From Octopus vulgaris (Eukaryota): a DNA stretch of 64,000 bases. A model generated the notes under the pieces. That model did not search any database. It worked only from the letters and a program-made list of their open reading frames with translations, and had not been told where the DNA came from. The stretch spans positions 43,276,001-43,340,000 of the forward strand of contig OX597837.1 in assembly GCA_951406725.2 (NCBI GenBank). The letters are read 5' to 3'. The translations under genes and the position numbers were made by a program. This document shows positions 43,681-58,055 of this stretch, piece after piece (within the stretch, counting starts at the first letter, position 1; each line of letters opens with the position of its first letter).

Positions 43681-44270
43681 TATCTTATAAATCTTTATCC
43701 TTCTTGTTCGTAAATAAATACTTTTTAGTTACTTAAGTCTATGCGAGATGGTTATATCATATCCATATAAACGTATAAATATTTGTGTATGTGTGCATGT
43801 GTGTACATATATAAATATGTGTGTGTATCTATACAAATCTTTATTTATAATTAATATATAGATAGCATGTTTATCTTTAAAGTATTCCATAAGTAAATGC
43901 CCTGAGCAGTCTTTATAGAAACCACATAATAAATAAATAATTAAGTACAAAAATGAATATTAAACTGTTTCTATGTAATCTTCCCCTTTGTAATGTTGAA
44001 AATTATATACAAACATTTCATCTATTTTAGTTGTGATATCATATTTGATAATCGTACATGTTATCTTTATACAACATAACGATATTGTTTATAAACAAGC
44101 ACCCATGATAAAATTTCCTCTGTATTAACATCATAGGTTTTATTAGAGTTTTGCCCCTTTAACTGGTAATTAACATCATGAGTTAGGGTCTTCCACTACC
44201 CAGCCTCCTTTATAGACAGTTACTTTATACCCAATTTACTATTCCTAATATCTTGACAATATTTGACAAA

Positions 44271-44342
44271 GACCCTGTGGCGCAACGGTAGCGCGTCTGA
44301 CTCCAGATCAGAACGCTGTGTGTTCGAATCACGTCGGGCTAA
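44271..44342 (+). tRNA. tRNA-Trp-CCA: tRNA-Trp(CCA), probable pseudogene or variant
   Basis: 72-nt cloverleaf with D stem GCGC/GCGC, anticodon stem TCTGA/TCAGA (CCA at 44303-44305), T loop TTCGAAT and a T5 run at 44347-44351. The acceptor stem has G1.A72 and C3.C70 mismatches. Confidence 0.9.
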
Positions 44343-44666
44343 AATATTTTTAAGGATTTATACCTATCCATGAGCTGTCAACTCACTCTTGCCCTTCATT
44401 CCAAATAGACGCAGTCCTCTAGTGTTAGATTTAGTAGTTAATAAAAAGACAGATGACAGAAAGGGAAACGAACACGCAATCCAGCGAGAAAAGTATAGAA
44501 AATAACCGTTAACAAATATGGGTGTATAAACGCCCGTGGGCAAGCTGCATGGCGCGAGTGCACTCGTTCATACAAGCATCCGCAAAAATGTGGCCATATG
44601 CACACGTGAGGATTGGTGCACTCATAATCACAAAGCAAGTTAGTTATTTACTTGGTGTTTATAAGA

Positions 44667-44723
<57 letters not shown>

Positions 44724-44825
44724 CCAATCTATCTATCTATCTACCTACCTATTTATTTATCTATCTATCTACCTATCAATCTATTTATCTATCTAGCTAT
44801 CTAGCTATCGATTGATCGATCTATC

Positions 44826-44872
<47 letters not shown>

Positions 44873-46923
44873 CACTTATAAGTGTGTTTGCATACGTACA
44901 TATATATCTATACATATATACATATATATATATATACATACATGCATACATATTTTTTTATATATGTGTGCATGTATGTATACATACATGTATGTATGTT
45001 TGTATGTATGTATGTATGTATGTATGTATGTATGTATGTATGTGTGCATGTATGTCTGTATGTATTGGTTAATTAAACGCAGCCATAACAACACATATAA
45101 TTAAATGAATAATTGATCAATTGATCAATTAATTAGTTATTTAATTAAAATCACGACACCTTTATACATTCATCATGCCGAACAAAGTGATCGAACGAGG
45201 ACAGAGAAAGAGAGAAAGAGAAGGAGAGAAGGATAGAGAGAGAGAGAGAGAGTGAAGAAGGGAGAGAGAGAAACAGACCGACATGGAAAGAGAGAAAGAG
45301 AGAGACTAATGGAATCTAAGCGGTTTGATTTGTGAGTCGCTGATTTAATGAGATGAAAGAATAAATATATTTAGGAAAAAGTGTCACTAACAGCCTTTCA
45401 AAGTTAATGCCTCTTGACAGATTTGGTAGGACACGGCAGTCTTTTTGAATGATGTATATTTACCTATTTCAATGAGAACTAATTTCCAAAGTAGATCCTA
45501 TCATAAAGATATCGTTAAGATTGTATAAGATTGAAACTTAGACATATATTTATGATTGATAGAGTTGCTGTATATGTATCTTCATAACGTTATAGGTAAC
45601 TGTTATTATTTTATTCTTATTCTGGAATTGGTGTATAAGCAGAATAGTTAAACCGACGGTAAAAATCGAGGCTTTTTTTTTAGAAATATTTCTTCCGGAC
45701 CTTTACATTTATTTATATTTATGATTAACAGAGTGAAAGCGGCTGAGTATTCCGCAGAAACATGTGTAGAGATGATGTTGACGATGATGATGCTAGTTTC
45801 TCTTTGTCCGATAAAGACGGTTCTGCAATTTGTTGTTGAATAACCTCTACAACTGATTTGCATATAGTGATCAAACGTATGTGAATCGATATTCGTTCCT
45901 CGTATACCTCGCGTCAGGTGTCGAAGTGTTTTGCTCAACAACACCACTCACCACCCGGTCCAGGAATTGAAACCACGATCTCAAGATTACATCAATGTAA
46001 TACTCTAGTACAATCAACGTCACACTGTGTATGACAAGTGCGGTCATTTGAATGTTAGACACAATACATTCGACGGGATTCTATACAATTTCCATCAATT
46101 TCCGTCAAAGCAAATTTCCCCAACGCGCTCAACCAGGTTATCACGAAGGTGGGTGAAACCTGGGATCTTACTGTTGCGAAGCGAACGTGTTATCGACTCG
46201 TTTATCCCTGTGTTAATTATTATCGCTACTTACCTTTATGGGTCCACACAATTCCAGAGCTGAGAACACTACACAACAACAACGCCAACAACGACCACAG
46301 CAGTAACTAAATTACACCATCGATTTATTGCTACGATGGTAAAGGTGATATATATCACCTTTACTCTCTATTACCTTCCTAACTAATTTATTATCCAATC
46401 AAGTTATTGCTAATTAAAACGTGGATCTATCAGCTTATTTCACTTGTTTTCACTACGTACAAAACTGAAGAGGGCGCATGCGCAGGCGATTTGAGTGCAA
46501 GCCAATCTTGCATTATTGATACGTGATGCCGAAATTATTGTAATGATGAAATATAAATTTAACCGCGTTGGATTCGAATTAAATTTTCAACCTAATTCAG
46601 AACGTACCTTCAAATCTAAAATTTATAGTTCTTCTGCCAAGTGAGTTATATGCCCTTCTCATACCTGGTAAGCTTTTACCTGCTTGTTTCAGTTATTAGA
46701 CTGCGGCGATGCCGGGGCACCGCTCTTGGAGAATTTGTAGTCAAATAAATCGATACCAGTACTGATTATTTTTGAAGTTTTGATATTTATTCTATCGGCG
46801 TCTTTTGCCAAACTGCTAAGTTAGGTGGACGTAAAGACACCAACACCGGTTTTCAAGTGATGAGTGCGTGGGACAAACACAGACACAAAAATACACACGC
46901 ACATGTATGTATGTATGTATGTA

Positions 46924-47396
<473 letters not shown>

Positions 47397-47414
47397 TTAA
47401 AATTTAAATAAGGC

Positions 47415-47720
47415 AAAAAAATTGATATTAATGAAATATCAGCTTAAACCTGTGGCCTAGCATATTGAAAGAAATATCTGAAGATCCAGAAAATTGTATT
47501 ACATACATATAAGAAGAATGACCACCAGGTGGACTCCTGATATGCTAAATGTAGACCCCATGTGGTCTGACCACTAAGAAAAATTGTTTTTCACTTCTCT
47601 TGCCAGCTTTACGCCTGGCTTTTGCCGAATTTTCTTGAGAACAATTTTTCTTAGTGGTCAGACCATATGGGGTCTATAGTTAGCATATTAGGTGCCCACC
47701 TAGTGGTCATCCTCTTATAT
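47415..47720. mobile_element. Second family E copy
   Basis: Inverse homology to 43399-43680. Arms at about 47508-47590 and 47640-47720. Confidence 0.7.
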
Positions 47721-47721
47721 A

Positions 47722-48136
47722 CTCTTACTCTCTTTTACTCTTTTACTTGTTTCAGTCATTTAACTGCGGCCATGCTGGAGCACCGCCTTTAGTCGATCAA
47801 ATCGACCCCGGAACTTATTCTTTGTAAGCCCAGTACTTATTCTATCGGTCTCTTTTGCCGAACCGCTAAGTGGTGGGGACGTAGACACACCAGCATCGGT
47901 TGTCAAGCAATGCTAGGGGGACAAACACAGACACACAAATACACACACACACATATATATAAATATACATATATACGACAGGCTTCTTTCAGTTTCCGTC
48001 TACCAAATCCACTCACAAGGCATTGGTCAGCCCGGGGCTATAGCAGAAGACACTTGCCCAAGATGCCACGCAGTGGGACTGAACTCGCAACCATGTGGTT
48101 GGTTAGCAAGCTACTTACCACACAGCCACTCCTGCG

Positions 48137-48137
<1 letters not shown>
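47722..48137 (-). mobile_element. SINE type 2 (OR1-like), full length
   Basis: Runs from tail ctcttttacttgtttcagtca to head ccacacagccactcctgcgcc. Confidence 0.85.
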
Positions 48138-48177
<40 letters not shown>

Positions 48178-48237
48178 TTATATACTACTCTTATTCTTTT
48201 ACATGTTTCAGCCCTAAGGCTGTGGCCATGCTGGGGC

Positions 48238-48297
<60 letters not shown>

Positions 48298-49150
48298 GTG
48301 TGCCTGTGTCTGTGTGTGTATACATATGTATACATACATATATGTGTGTCTTGGCATACAGTGGCCCTCCGTAGAGTTTCATCGAACATATTCGCTGTGA
48401 CTAGATACCGATAAATTCCCAGGCCACAGTAGAATATACCTGGGAAGACCTGGAATCCAGTACGACGAAATGTATTTCTTTGCCATACAACTTCACATGT
48501 ACTTTGGCACATATCACTTGAATATTTTCATACAAATAAAATCTTTAGTTGTGAAACAAACGACTTTAAGCACACGCATCCATTGTGCCGCGGATGTACT
48601 GAAAATAATTAAACGATAGCCCGTAAGATTTCTTTATAATACAACTATCTCAGTGATTTTAAAAATATATATATGTTATTCGTGGTTTAAAGAATCTCAA
48701 AGAATGCAAATAATGTTCCTTGCACATCGAATACAAAAGAGATTATCATATTATATATAAGACTTACAGATGATTTTCTGAAGATAAGAAATTTTATTCG
48801 TTGGTCAGGTCACTTGTATACAACAACAACAACAACATCAACAATATCAATATCTATTATGTTAACAATAAAATAAACAATAACAGAAATAATGAACAAG
48901 AAGAAAAATAAATATCAGTAACGTAAGCGACATCCGCAATATCAATATTAACATCACGCTACGATATATGAAAAATATAAAATATATGTAAAAGAAGGAA
49001 AACGGAAAGAAAAGAAGGAATAAATATATGCACAGAGAACCATACTTAGAATGCTGTGTATATAAATACATGCATACAACCACATATAAACATACGCACG
49101 ATCAGAGAAACACATACAGACATATATATATGTATATATATATATATATG

Positions 49151-49215
<65 letters not shown>

Positions 49216-49423
49216 AAGAAAGAGAGAGGGAGGGAAACAGATATATATATATATATATATACACATCTATATAAATATGTATGTATATTTAAATGTGTGT
49301 GTGTTTGTACACAGATGCATTCACATGGATGCACACACATATATATATTATATATATACATATATGGGTATATATATATGTACATAGACATACAGTTGCA
49401 TATATATTTAGGCATATATATTC

Positions 49424-49532
<109 letters not shown>

Positions 49533-50231
49533 AACAAACACATATGTATATATACATATCAGCGTATGCATACAAGTAATAACACACACACAATCTGATT
49601 CTTTAGATAATCTTTAATATGTGAAGTGAATGGGAAAAGATATTTTTCATGCTTCACTTCAAATAAATGAAGAACGGAATAACAAACACAAAACTTAAAA
49701 AGAAGATATAACAAAACAGAATGAAAAATATATATATAAAAGAAAAAAACAGTATACTAAAGAATAATAGAATAAAGGAATAGGAGAATTATTAAACCAG
49801 GCAGAGAATAACGAATTTATTTTATTTTATTTCCCGGTTTGATAATTGATTGTTTTAGCCGTGCCTACAATAATCATATTTTACACACAGGAAATATATA
49901 TTTTATTGCCTAATATATATATACACGTTCCATTTTTGGCGTCAAACCGGAGAACTCATCAATTTTAACTGACAGCACCTAATAATACATGCAAGCCTAC
50001 ATGTGTGTCTACATGTTCGTATATGGGTTAGTATACGTATATATGTGTGTGTATATGTCTGTGTGTGTGTGTGAGTGTGTGTGTGTGAATGTGTGTGTAT
50101 GTATTCAAATATATATATGATATCTATATATATATATACGTATGTATACACACATATACATAGATATACCTACACATATACATCCAAATATACATATATA
50201 TAATATGCATACTTAAACAACCAACTAACAA

Positions 50232-50290
<59 letters not shown>

Positions 50291-50428
50291 TGGAAGTATA
50301 TTTTATAATATATGTGTATGTACGTATATATATATATTCATATATATGAATTATCCATATATGTATATATATATATATATATATATGGATGGATAATTCG
50401 TATATATGAATCTATCTATCTATCTATC

Positions 50429-50480
<52 letters not shown>

Positions 50481-50513
50481 ATCTATCTATCTATATATTT
50501 ATATATATATATA

Positions 50514-50549
<36 letters not shown>

Positions 50550-51015
50550 ATAGATAGATATACACATATATGTGTATTTATGTGTCTGTGCCTCAATGTA
50601 TACCCACACACTCACAAATCCTTTCATACACACACACACACTCACACACGCACACACTCACACACGCACTCACTCACACACGAACTCACACACACACGCA
50701 CTCACACACACACATCGCTAAGTTTATGGGCAAAGCGAAGTCTTCCCTTAAAAACATACAAAAGAGATGTCACATTATTAATTATGAATTTCAACGACAA
50801 AGGAATTCAACTCGACGTAATCGGTTTTTCCTTTAATGTGTTTTACAGTAGGGACAGCAAAAGTAATTAAGATGATTCATGTAAGACTATCTGCCTGTCT
50901 GTCGTCTCTCTCAGATAATCTCTGATGTGATTCAATGCAAGCACTCACCTCTGTCACATACATATACATGCATACATACATACATACATACTTACACATA
51001 AACCTACACAAATAC

Positions 51016-51148
<133 letters not shown>

Positions 51149-51207
51149 TACATACATATATATATATATATACTAGATATATACATATATATATATATAT
51201 ACATACG

Positions 51208-51242
<35 letters not shown>

Positions 51243-51765
51243 GCAAAAATGGATACACATATACTTACATATACACTTACATACATACATATATAAACAC
51301 GTGTAAATTTGCATGTATATATATTACGTGTATATGTATATATTTGTGTATGTATATATTTGTCGCCTGAAAGCTAACATCTTGCTATAATCTCTCAAGT
51401 AATTAATCATTAAGTGGGAACAAATAGATTTACTCTACTACTCGTACTGCGTATTACTTTTAACTTTTGTGTTCAACACATCTCCCTCTATTTTGCCCAT
51501 CTCTCTCTTTCTTTCTCCACATATTCTCATTCTTTCTATTGGTCTCTTGCACTCTCTCTCTCTCTCTCTCTGCAAATATACATACATAAATATATATATA
51601 TATATATATATATTAAGGTATATAGAAAAATACAACATGGACAAGAACGTATAACTCTTAGAAGACGACACAATAAACACGGACAGGACATTCGAAACCC
51701 TCAGTCTTCAGTCAAGAACCGGATCATCGTAGTAATTTCGGCTGATTATTGAGTAATTTCGGCTG

Positions 51766-51868
<103 letters not shown>

Positions 51869-52059
51869 CAATTCTTACTAATCCAAACAAGAAACAGTAT
51901 AGGAGAAATAGATGAAGTTGAAAACCCACAGAGAATATATGAAGATTCAACGGAAACTTAAAATGTATTTATTACGCGTGCGCACGCGCACGTGTGCATG
52001 CGTGTGTGCGTGTGTTTAGAATAATGTTGTCAGAATGTTGGATTATTATATAAATTTTT

Positions 52060-52617
52060 TATGTACATTTTTTATTACATTTTTAGCGCTTTCTTCCGTT
52101 ATCACATTTATCAAAATGTGGTTTAAAGTTAGATTTTTTGGCCTTTTTATAAAAAAAAAATTTGTAGGGGTTTGCCAAGCAAAACTATATTCAAAACAAA
52201 ACAACCACCCAGAAAGAGATGAATTTGGAAACATAATTGTGAGAGCATTGTGTATTGCTTTTTTTTAAAATTTCATTTTGCAGTCTGAAGGACAAATACT
52301 CGGGCAAAAATTAAGTGTAACGGCTAAAATGACCAAAACTTTCCAAATTTATTTAACCACAATGAGAAATCTTTAATTATGTTAATTATATTTAAAAAAT
52401 CATAATGAGTACTTATGTTTGTGTGATGTGTGTATGTGTGCACAAATATAAACATGTACATATATAGATGCGTTTGAGTGTGAGTGTTTATATGTATGTG
52501 TGTATGTATGTATATATATATTTATATGTGTGTATTTATATATATGTTTGTATGGGTATGTATTTATATATATATATGAATATATATATATGAATATATA
52601 TATATATGTATAGATAT

Positions 52618-52695
<78 letters not shown>

Positions 52696-53155
52696 GCTGT
52701 GTGAGTGTATAGTGAACTCAATAATCACTCTTTCGAAAACATCTAACATTTCAATGAAATTCGTTTGATCACATCGATACAATTATTTTATAATCATTAT
52801 AAAAGAACAAGAGCTGCAAACGCAATTATAATTTTAACTGGAGAATGTCAAAAACAACATCTGAATTTTTAAATAAAACCTTGGCCAATTTAAATACAAA
52901 AATTGTTTTTACTTCCCCACCTTAAAATGCCACTAAAAACTAAACAAACAAGGCTGACCATACAAGTACAGAAGCCACGCCTCATTACCTTTCCTTTCTT
53001 CTCAAAATATTTTTTCTTCTTTCTTCTCCCTTGTTTGGGAAATACCACAAATTTTTCATATATAAAAATGCCAAGAAATCTAACTTTAAACCACTTTTTA
53101 ATAAATTCGGTAACGAAGGAAAGCGCTAAAACTGTAAAAAAGATGTAAATAAATA
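52060..53155. mobile_element. Old MITE-like element with ~125-bp diverged inverted ends
   Basis: 52060-52185 (tttagcgctttcttccgtta...gtggtttaaagttagattt) is inverted to 53031-53155. Confidence 0.55.
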
Positions 53156-53229
53156 TACAATATCTATATATCACTTCAAAGCTCTTTCTCTCTCTCTCCC
53201 TATATATATATATATATATATATATATCA

Positions 53230-53362
53230 TGTGAAATAGAAAGATGAATAATCTTGTAGTAGATTAATCAAAAGTTTAACCGATACCTTAGTAGCAAAAC
53301 ACGTGTAGAATGAAATAAAACGATTTCTGTTCAATCTGCGTTCAGCTCCATTTCTTCAATTC

Positions 53363-53366
<4 letters not shown>
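53230..53366. mobile_element. Internally deleted family F copy
   Basis: Same two termini as 46989-47296, joined at agcaaaa|cacgtg. Confidence 0.75.
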
Positions 53367-53432
<66 letters not shown>

Positions 53433-53436
<4 letters not shown>

Positions 53437-53645
53437 TTGCATAGCAAGGGTCAATTGCAGAGTGAGAGGTGTTTATATGCCATTCAAGCACACGCACAAA
53501 AACCGTAAGATTCACTTCAACATTTAAATTTGATTTGTCAAAATATTTTCGTCGCCTTAAAACAACGACCTGTTCACTGACAAAATTCAGTGCTGCATTT
53601 TGTCAGTGTACAGGTCCGGGTTTCCTTGCGAAGAAAATATTCCAT
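53433..53645 (-). mobile_element. Penelope-like mini-element, family G, with 5' fold-back
   Basis: The 3' end is at (TA)n, a hammerhead lies 100 nt upstream, and an inverted degenerate copy of it sits at 53597-53642. Confidence 0.6.
53534..53584 (-). ncRNA. Minimal type-I hammerhead ribozyme, G3-C8 variant
   Basis: Minus strand: TTTGTCA-GTGAACA-G-GTCGtt-gttttaa-ggCGAC-GAAA-ATAT-TT-TGACAAA. Perfect 7-bp stem I, 4-6-bp stem II, AATATT palindromic stem III, UUU site. Confidence 0.7.
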
Positions 53646-53819
53646 TTTCTCATTTCTACATGCACTGTGTTACGAAAGAAAAAAAAAATCTTGAAAACAT
53701 TAGATAGTTGAAAACCCGCCAGATAGGATGATACCGTAGGCTTCAGGCAGCAAGCCCGCTACGCATGCAAGACTCCAAGAGTTCCAACAAAACCTGAGGT
53801 AAAAAGAATTAATAATAAC

Positions 53820-53860
<41 letters not shown>

Positions 53861-54214
53861 CTACTATAGGCACAAGGCAAGAAATAAGTACTGAAACTGG
53901 TACTTATGTTATCAATCCTGAAAGGATGAAAGTCAAACCCGACCTCGGCGGAATTTGAACTCCGACCGTAAAGACGGACAAAATGCCGCCAAGAATTTTG
54001 CCCGGCATACTTATGTTTCTGCCAGGTTGTTGCTTTAATAATAGTAATAATGATGATGATAATACTAATAAAATATATATATATATGTTTATACAAATAT
54101 ATGACTATAAATGTTTATATAAATATATCATATGTATATTTGTATATAAATATATCATATGTATATATATATATACACATATATATATATACATAAATAC
54201 ATACATACATACAT

Positions 54215-54266
<52 letters not shown>

Positions 54267-54711
54267 GTATGTATATATGTATGTGTGTATATATATATAT
54301 ATTTCCTTGAAAAGTCTTTAAGAATATTCCAGTAAACGCACGCACGCGCGTGTGCGTGTGGGTGCGAATTTGTATTTCAGATCCATTTATCAAACAGATA
54401 CATGATAATGTCCAGAATAAATATAACATGAATGTATATTTTTTATTTATAATATTATAGATATATGTTTTCATAGATTTTTGCCTGTTCGTTCCGTTTC
54501 CATTATAAATTTTATATGATCCCTGCACTCTTTATCAGAGCTTCTCAGCTGCGCTCATATTCCTCCGTATGGCAAATGATTCGTTATGTGTTTGCTGTTG
54601 TATGTATTTGTATATTAAGGCATGCGTGTTGGAATACCTAAGGAAACGTATTCGTCTGTTTAATGCTTCCGTTGTACAACTTGTTTGCTTTAACCGAAAT
54701 TTGGGGTGTGA

Positions 54712-55105
54712 TTTCAGAAACATCTAATTGAATAATGTATGTGAGTGGACGAGCGCGTGTATGCGTATGTGCATGCGTGTCTGTGTGTGCGTGTGTGTGT
54801 GAGGATGTGTGTGTGTGCGCATGTGTGTGTGTGTGTGTGTGCGTGTGTGTGTGCGTGTGAGTGTGTGAGGATGTGTGTTTGTGCGTGTGTGTGTGTGAGG
54901 ATGTTTGTGTTCGCGTGTGTGTGTGAAGATGTGTGTGCGTGTGTGTGTGCGTGCGTGTGTCTCTGTGTGTGAGAGGATGTGTGTGCGCGTGTGTGAGGAT
55001 GTGTGTGCGTGTGTGTGTGTGTGTGTATGTGTGTGTGATGTGTGTGCTTATTTGCGCGCGCGTATATGCGTGTTTGCGTGTGTGTCTGTTTCAGAAACAT
55101 CTAAT
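54712..55105. repeat. (GT)-rich minisatellite block bounded by a 17-bp direct repeat
   Basis: tttcagaaacatctaat at 54712-54728 and 55089-55105. Internal gtgtgaggatgtgtgtg units. Confidence 0.8.
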
Positions 55106-55134
55106 AAAATACGATCCCTCAATCTCTGCCGGCC

Positions 55135-55175
<41 letters not shown>

Positions 55176-56163
55176 GCCTGTTTGACATTCTGTCTGCTTG
55201 TTTGCCTGTCCGTTTGTCCACCTACCCGTGTGTCTGTGTGTGTCTGTGTCTGTCTTCCTGCTTGTTTGGCTGTCGGTCTGTCTGCCCGAAACTTAGAGCT
55301 GAAATCTGCTAAGGTATTCGACTCACCAAGGTGCTTTAATCACTTGCACCTCCATCGAACAACTGAAGTGAAAACAACCTTGGAATACCAGAAAGATCTT
55401 TAAATATTTTGCTTTGTCTATTTCTGTTCGTTACACTATATATATATAACCGGATCTGTAAAATCGATTTCTTTTCGCTCCCATAACGAATAAATATGTG
55501 GATTTGTGAAAATATAATAAATCATTACCATTTTGATATCTATATTTCTCAGAGAAAAAAAAGCAGAAATACCCAATGTAGATGTTACAACTTCTATCTT
55601 AACAAATATCGGATAATACATATTATGGAACAATATTTTTTTTAATACGTTTCTCTAAAGTTTAGAGGTGACACAGCTAAAGTGATACAGGAAAATATTA
55701 ACACCTCATTCTTCGAAACTTAAATGTTAACGTGTCTTTGCGGTTAGAAATTAAAGCTAAAATATAGATGCTGTCTGATTAATAAATAAACGATATGAGA
55801 TGATATATTCAATGGAAGAGATGCTACCCTTTTTTAGACAAGAATCATACGTTGAAGCATAGATGTAGATGTGTAGTTAAGAAGATTACTCCGCAGCTCG
55901 TAGTTCTAAGCTCTAGGTTCGATCCTGAAGCGGAATGCCTGGGTAGGTTCCTTTCGTTATAGACGCTGAATCACCGACTTGTAAATCGCAGTGTTTCCCA
56001 CTCATGGCGACAAGGGCACCATGTCTTTTCACTTCTTGTGTTAGAATCTTATCTGCCATGAAGTGTCTGTAAGAAGTGTCAGTTGATCCCTTGCATCCTG
56101 TGTGAGTTGTTCTTGTGTGTGTGTGAGTGTGTGTGTATGCGTGTGTGCAAGCGAGTAATAAGG

Positions 56164-56212
<49 letters not shown>

Positions 56213-56213
56213 C

Positions 56214-56263
<50 letters not shown>

Positions 56264-56469
56264 GTGTTTGTTGTGTGTGTGTATGGTGCGTGGCATAGTG
56301 GTTAGGGTGATCGGCTCACGATATCACAATATCGGAAATATTCGTTTATCAAACGCTATTTTTTCATAGAGTCCCTCGATACATAGAAATCGGTGAACAT
56401 AGGATTTGATGGCAAAACATATACGTTTCTTGTGATGGAACTTCGCGTTATGAATTATAGGCTCATTAG

Positions 56470-56800
56470 TGGCTGTGTGATAAGAAGCTTGCTTCCCAAC
56501 CACAAGGTTCCAGGTTCAGTCCCACTGAATGGCTCCTTGAGCAAGTATATTCTATAATATCCACGGGCCGACCAAAAAATCCCGTCGTACCTATATATAT
56601 ATATATTTTTGTGTCTGTGTTTGTGCCCCCACTATCGCTTGACAACCGATGTTAGTGCGTTTACGTCGCCGTAACTTAGCGGTTTGGCAAAAGAGATTGA
56701 TAGAATAAGTACTATGCTTCCAAAGTATAAGTCCTGGGGTCGATGTTTTCAACTAATGGCCGTATTCAAATGCCTGAAACAAATAAAATAATAAAAGAAT
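56470..56800 (+). mobile_element. SINE type 2 (OR1-like), with internal deletions
   Basis: Head and tail motifs as at 42252. Confidence 0.75.
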
Positions 56801-56809
56801 ATATATATA

Positions 56810-56984
56810 CTTTATTTAAAAGCAGCAGAAACATAAGAAAAGCTGGTACTCGGAGTGTCACGTTCCCGTTCATCGGACAGTTTTGTTATATTTCTGCTGC
56901 TTTTAAATAAAGCATATTACTCTACCACTGGTATTTGAGTACTCTTTTTTTCCACCTTGTTTCACATTTATGTGTTTACTTCGG
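56810..56984 (+). mobile_element. Family A mini-element with 5' fold-back
   Basis: Same outer termini as 1427-1655. The inverted arm carries a decayed hammerhead (CCGATGA-ACG-GGAA-CGT-GACA-CTCCGAG-TA). Confidence 0.7.
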
Positions 56985-57179
56985 ATATATATAAGGGAGG
57001 AGAGTGAAAGAGGAGTGAGTGAGAGAGAGGGGGATAGTAAATTAGAAGGGGCGAATCAGAGAGATAAATACGTTTGCATACATATATGTAGGTGTGATTA
57101 AACGCGTAATATTTTTGCAGGTATCTGTGTTCATTTGTGTGTGTGTGTGTGTTTGTGTGTATGTGTGTATGCATGTGTG

Positions 57180-57212
<33 letters not shown>

Positions 57213-57785
57213 AAAAGCAAATAGAAAAATGCAAATGGCGGACGTCTCGTCAGTCGGAAAAGCGATACTACCTAAATACTTACACACACGTAACATGATG
57301 AAGATCTCTCATAACATCAAATTTTGGATTCGCTTCATTAGTTTCCATTCCTCAAATGCAAATAAATGATCAATTTACGCAAACTATTAACAGCTCTGTA
57401 ATCGAAGAATATTACTAGAAGATCGCGTTTCCTTTTACAAATCTTTCTAAAGAGCGACAATTGTTCGATGGAAGCGTTAAACTGTCTACAAGCGGAATCA
57501 TAATATATCATTAGAATTAACGAACAACCATGCGTCGTTTCTTTCTGAGGACACAGGAATTTGTTAATGATTTCTTGCCGAAGAGTCTGCTTTTGATCCA
57601 GGCATTATCTGAGATAATTATATATTAGATATTAAGTGTTAAAGAATGGCGGTGTTGGTGGCGGCGGTGATGGTGGTGGCGGTGGCGGTGGAAATCTGTT
57701 ACAAGTCGTTAAGTTCTCTACAGCTTCATTACTACTACTACTACTACTACTGCTGCTGTTGTTGCTACTGCTACTGCTGCTGCCG

Positions 57786-57840
<55 letters not shown>

Positions 57841-57933
57841 CGTGAAACTTTTCTGTTTTATTCTTAGCATTTTGGTTTGAATTTGCATAAGTAAATTGTT
57901 GTATTCTTCTACTCCTCCCCCCTTCTTCTTCTT

Positions 57934-58018
<85 letters not shown>

Positions 58019-58055
58019 TTATTATTACTACTACTACTACTACAATCATTACTAC

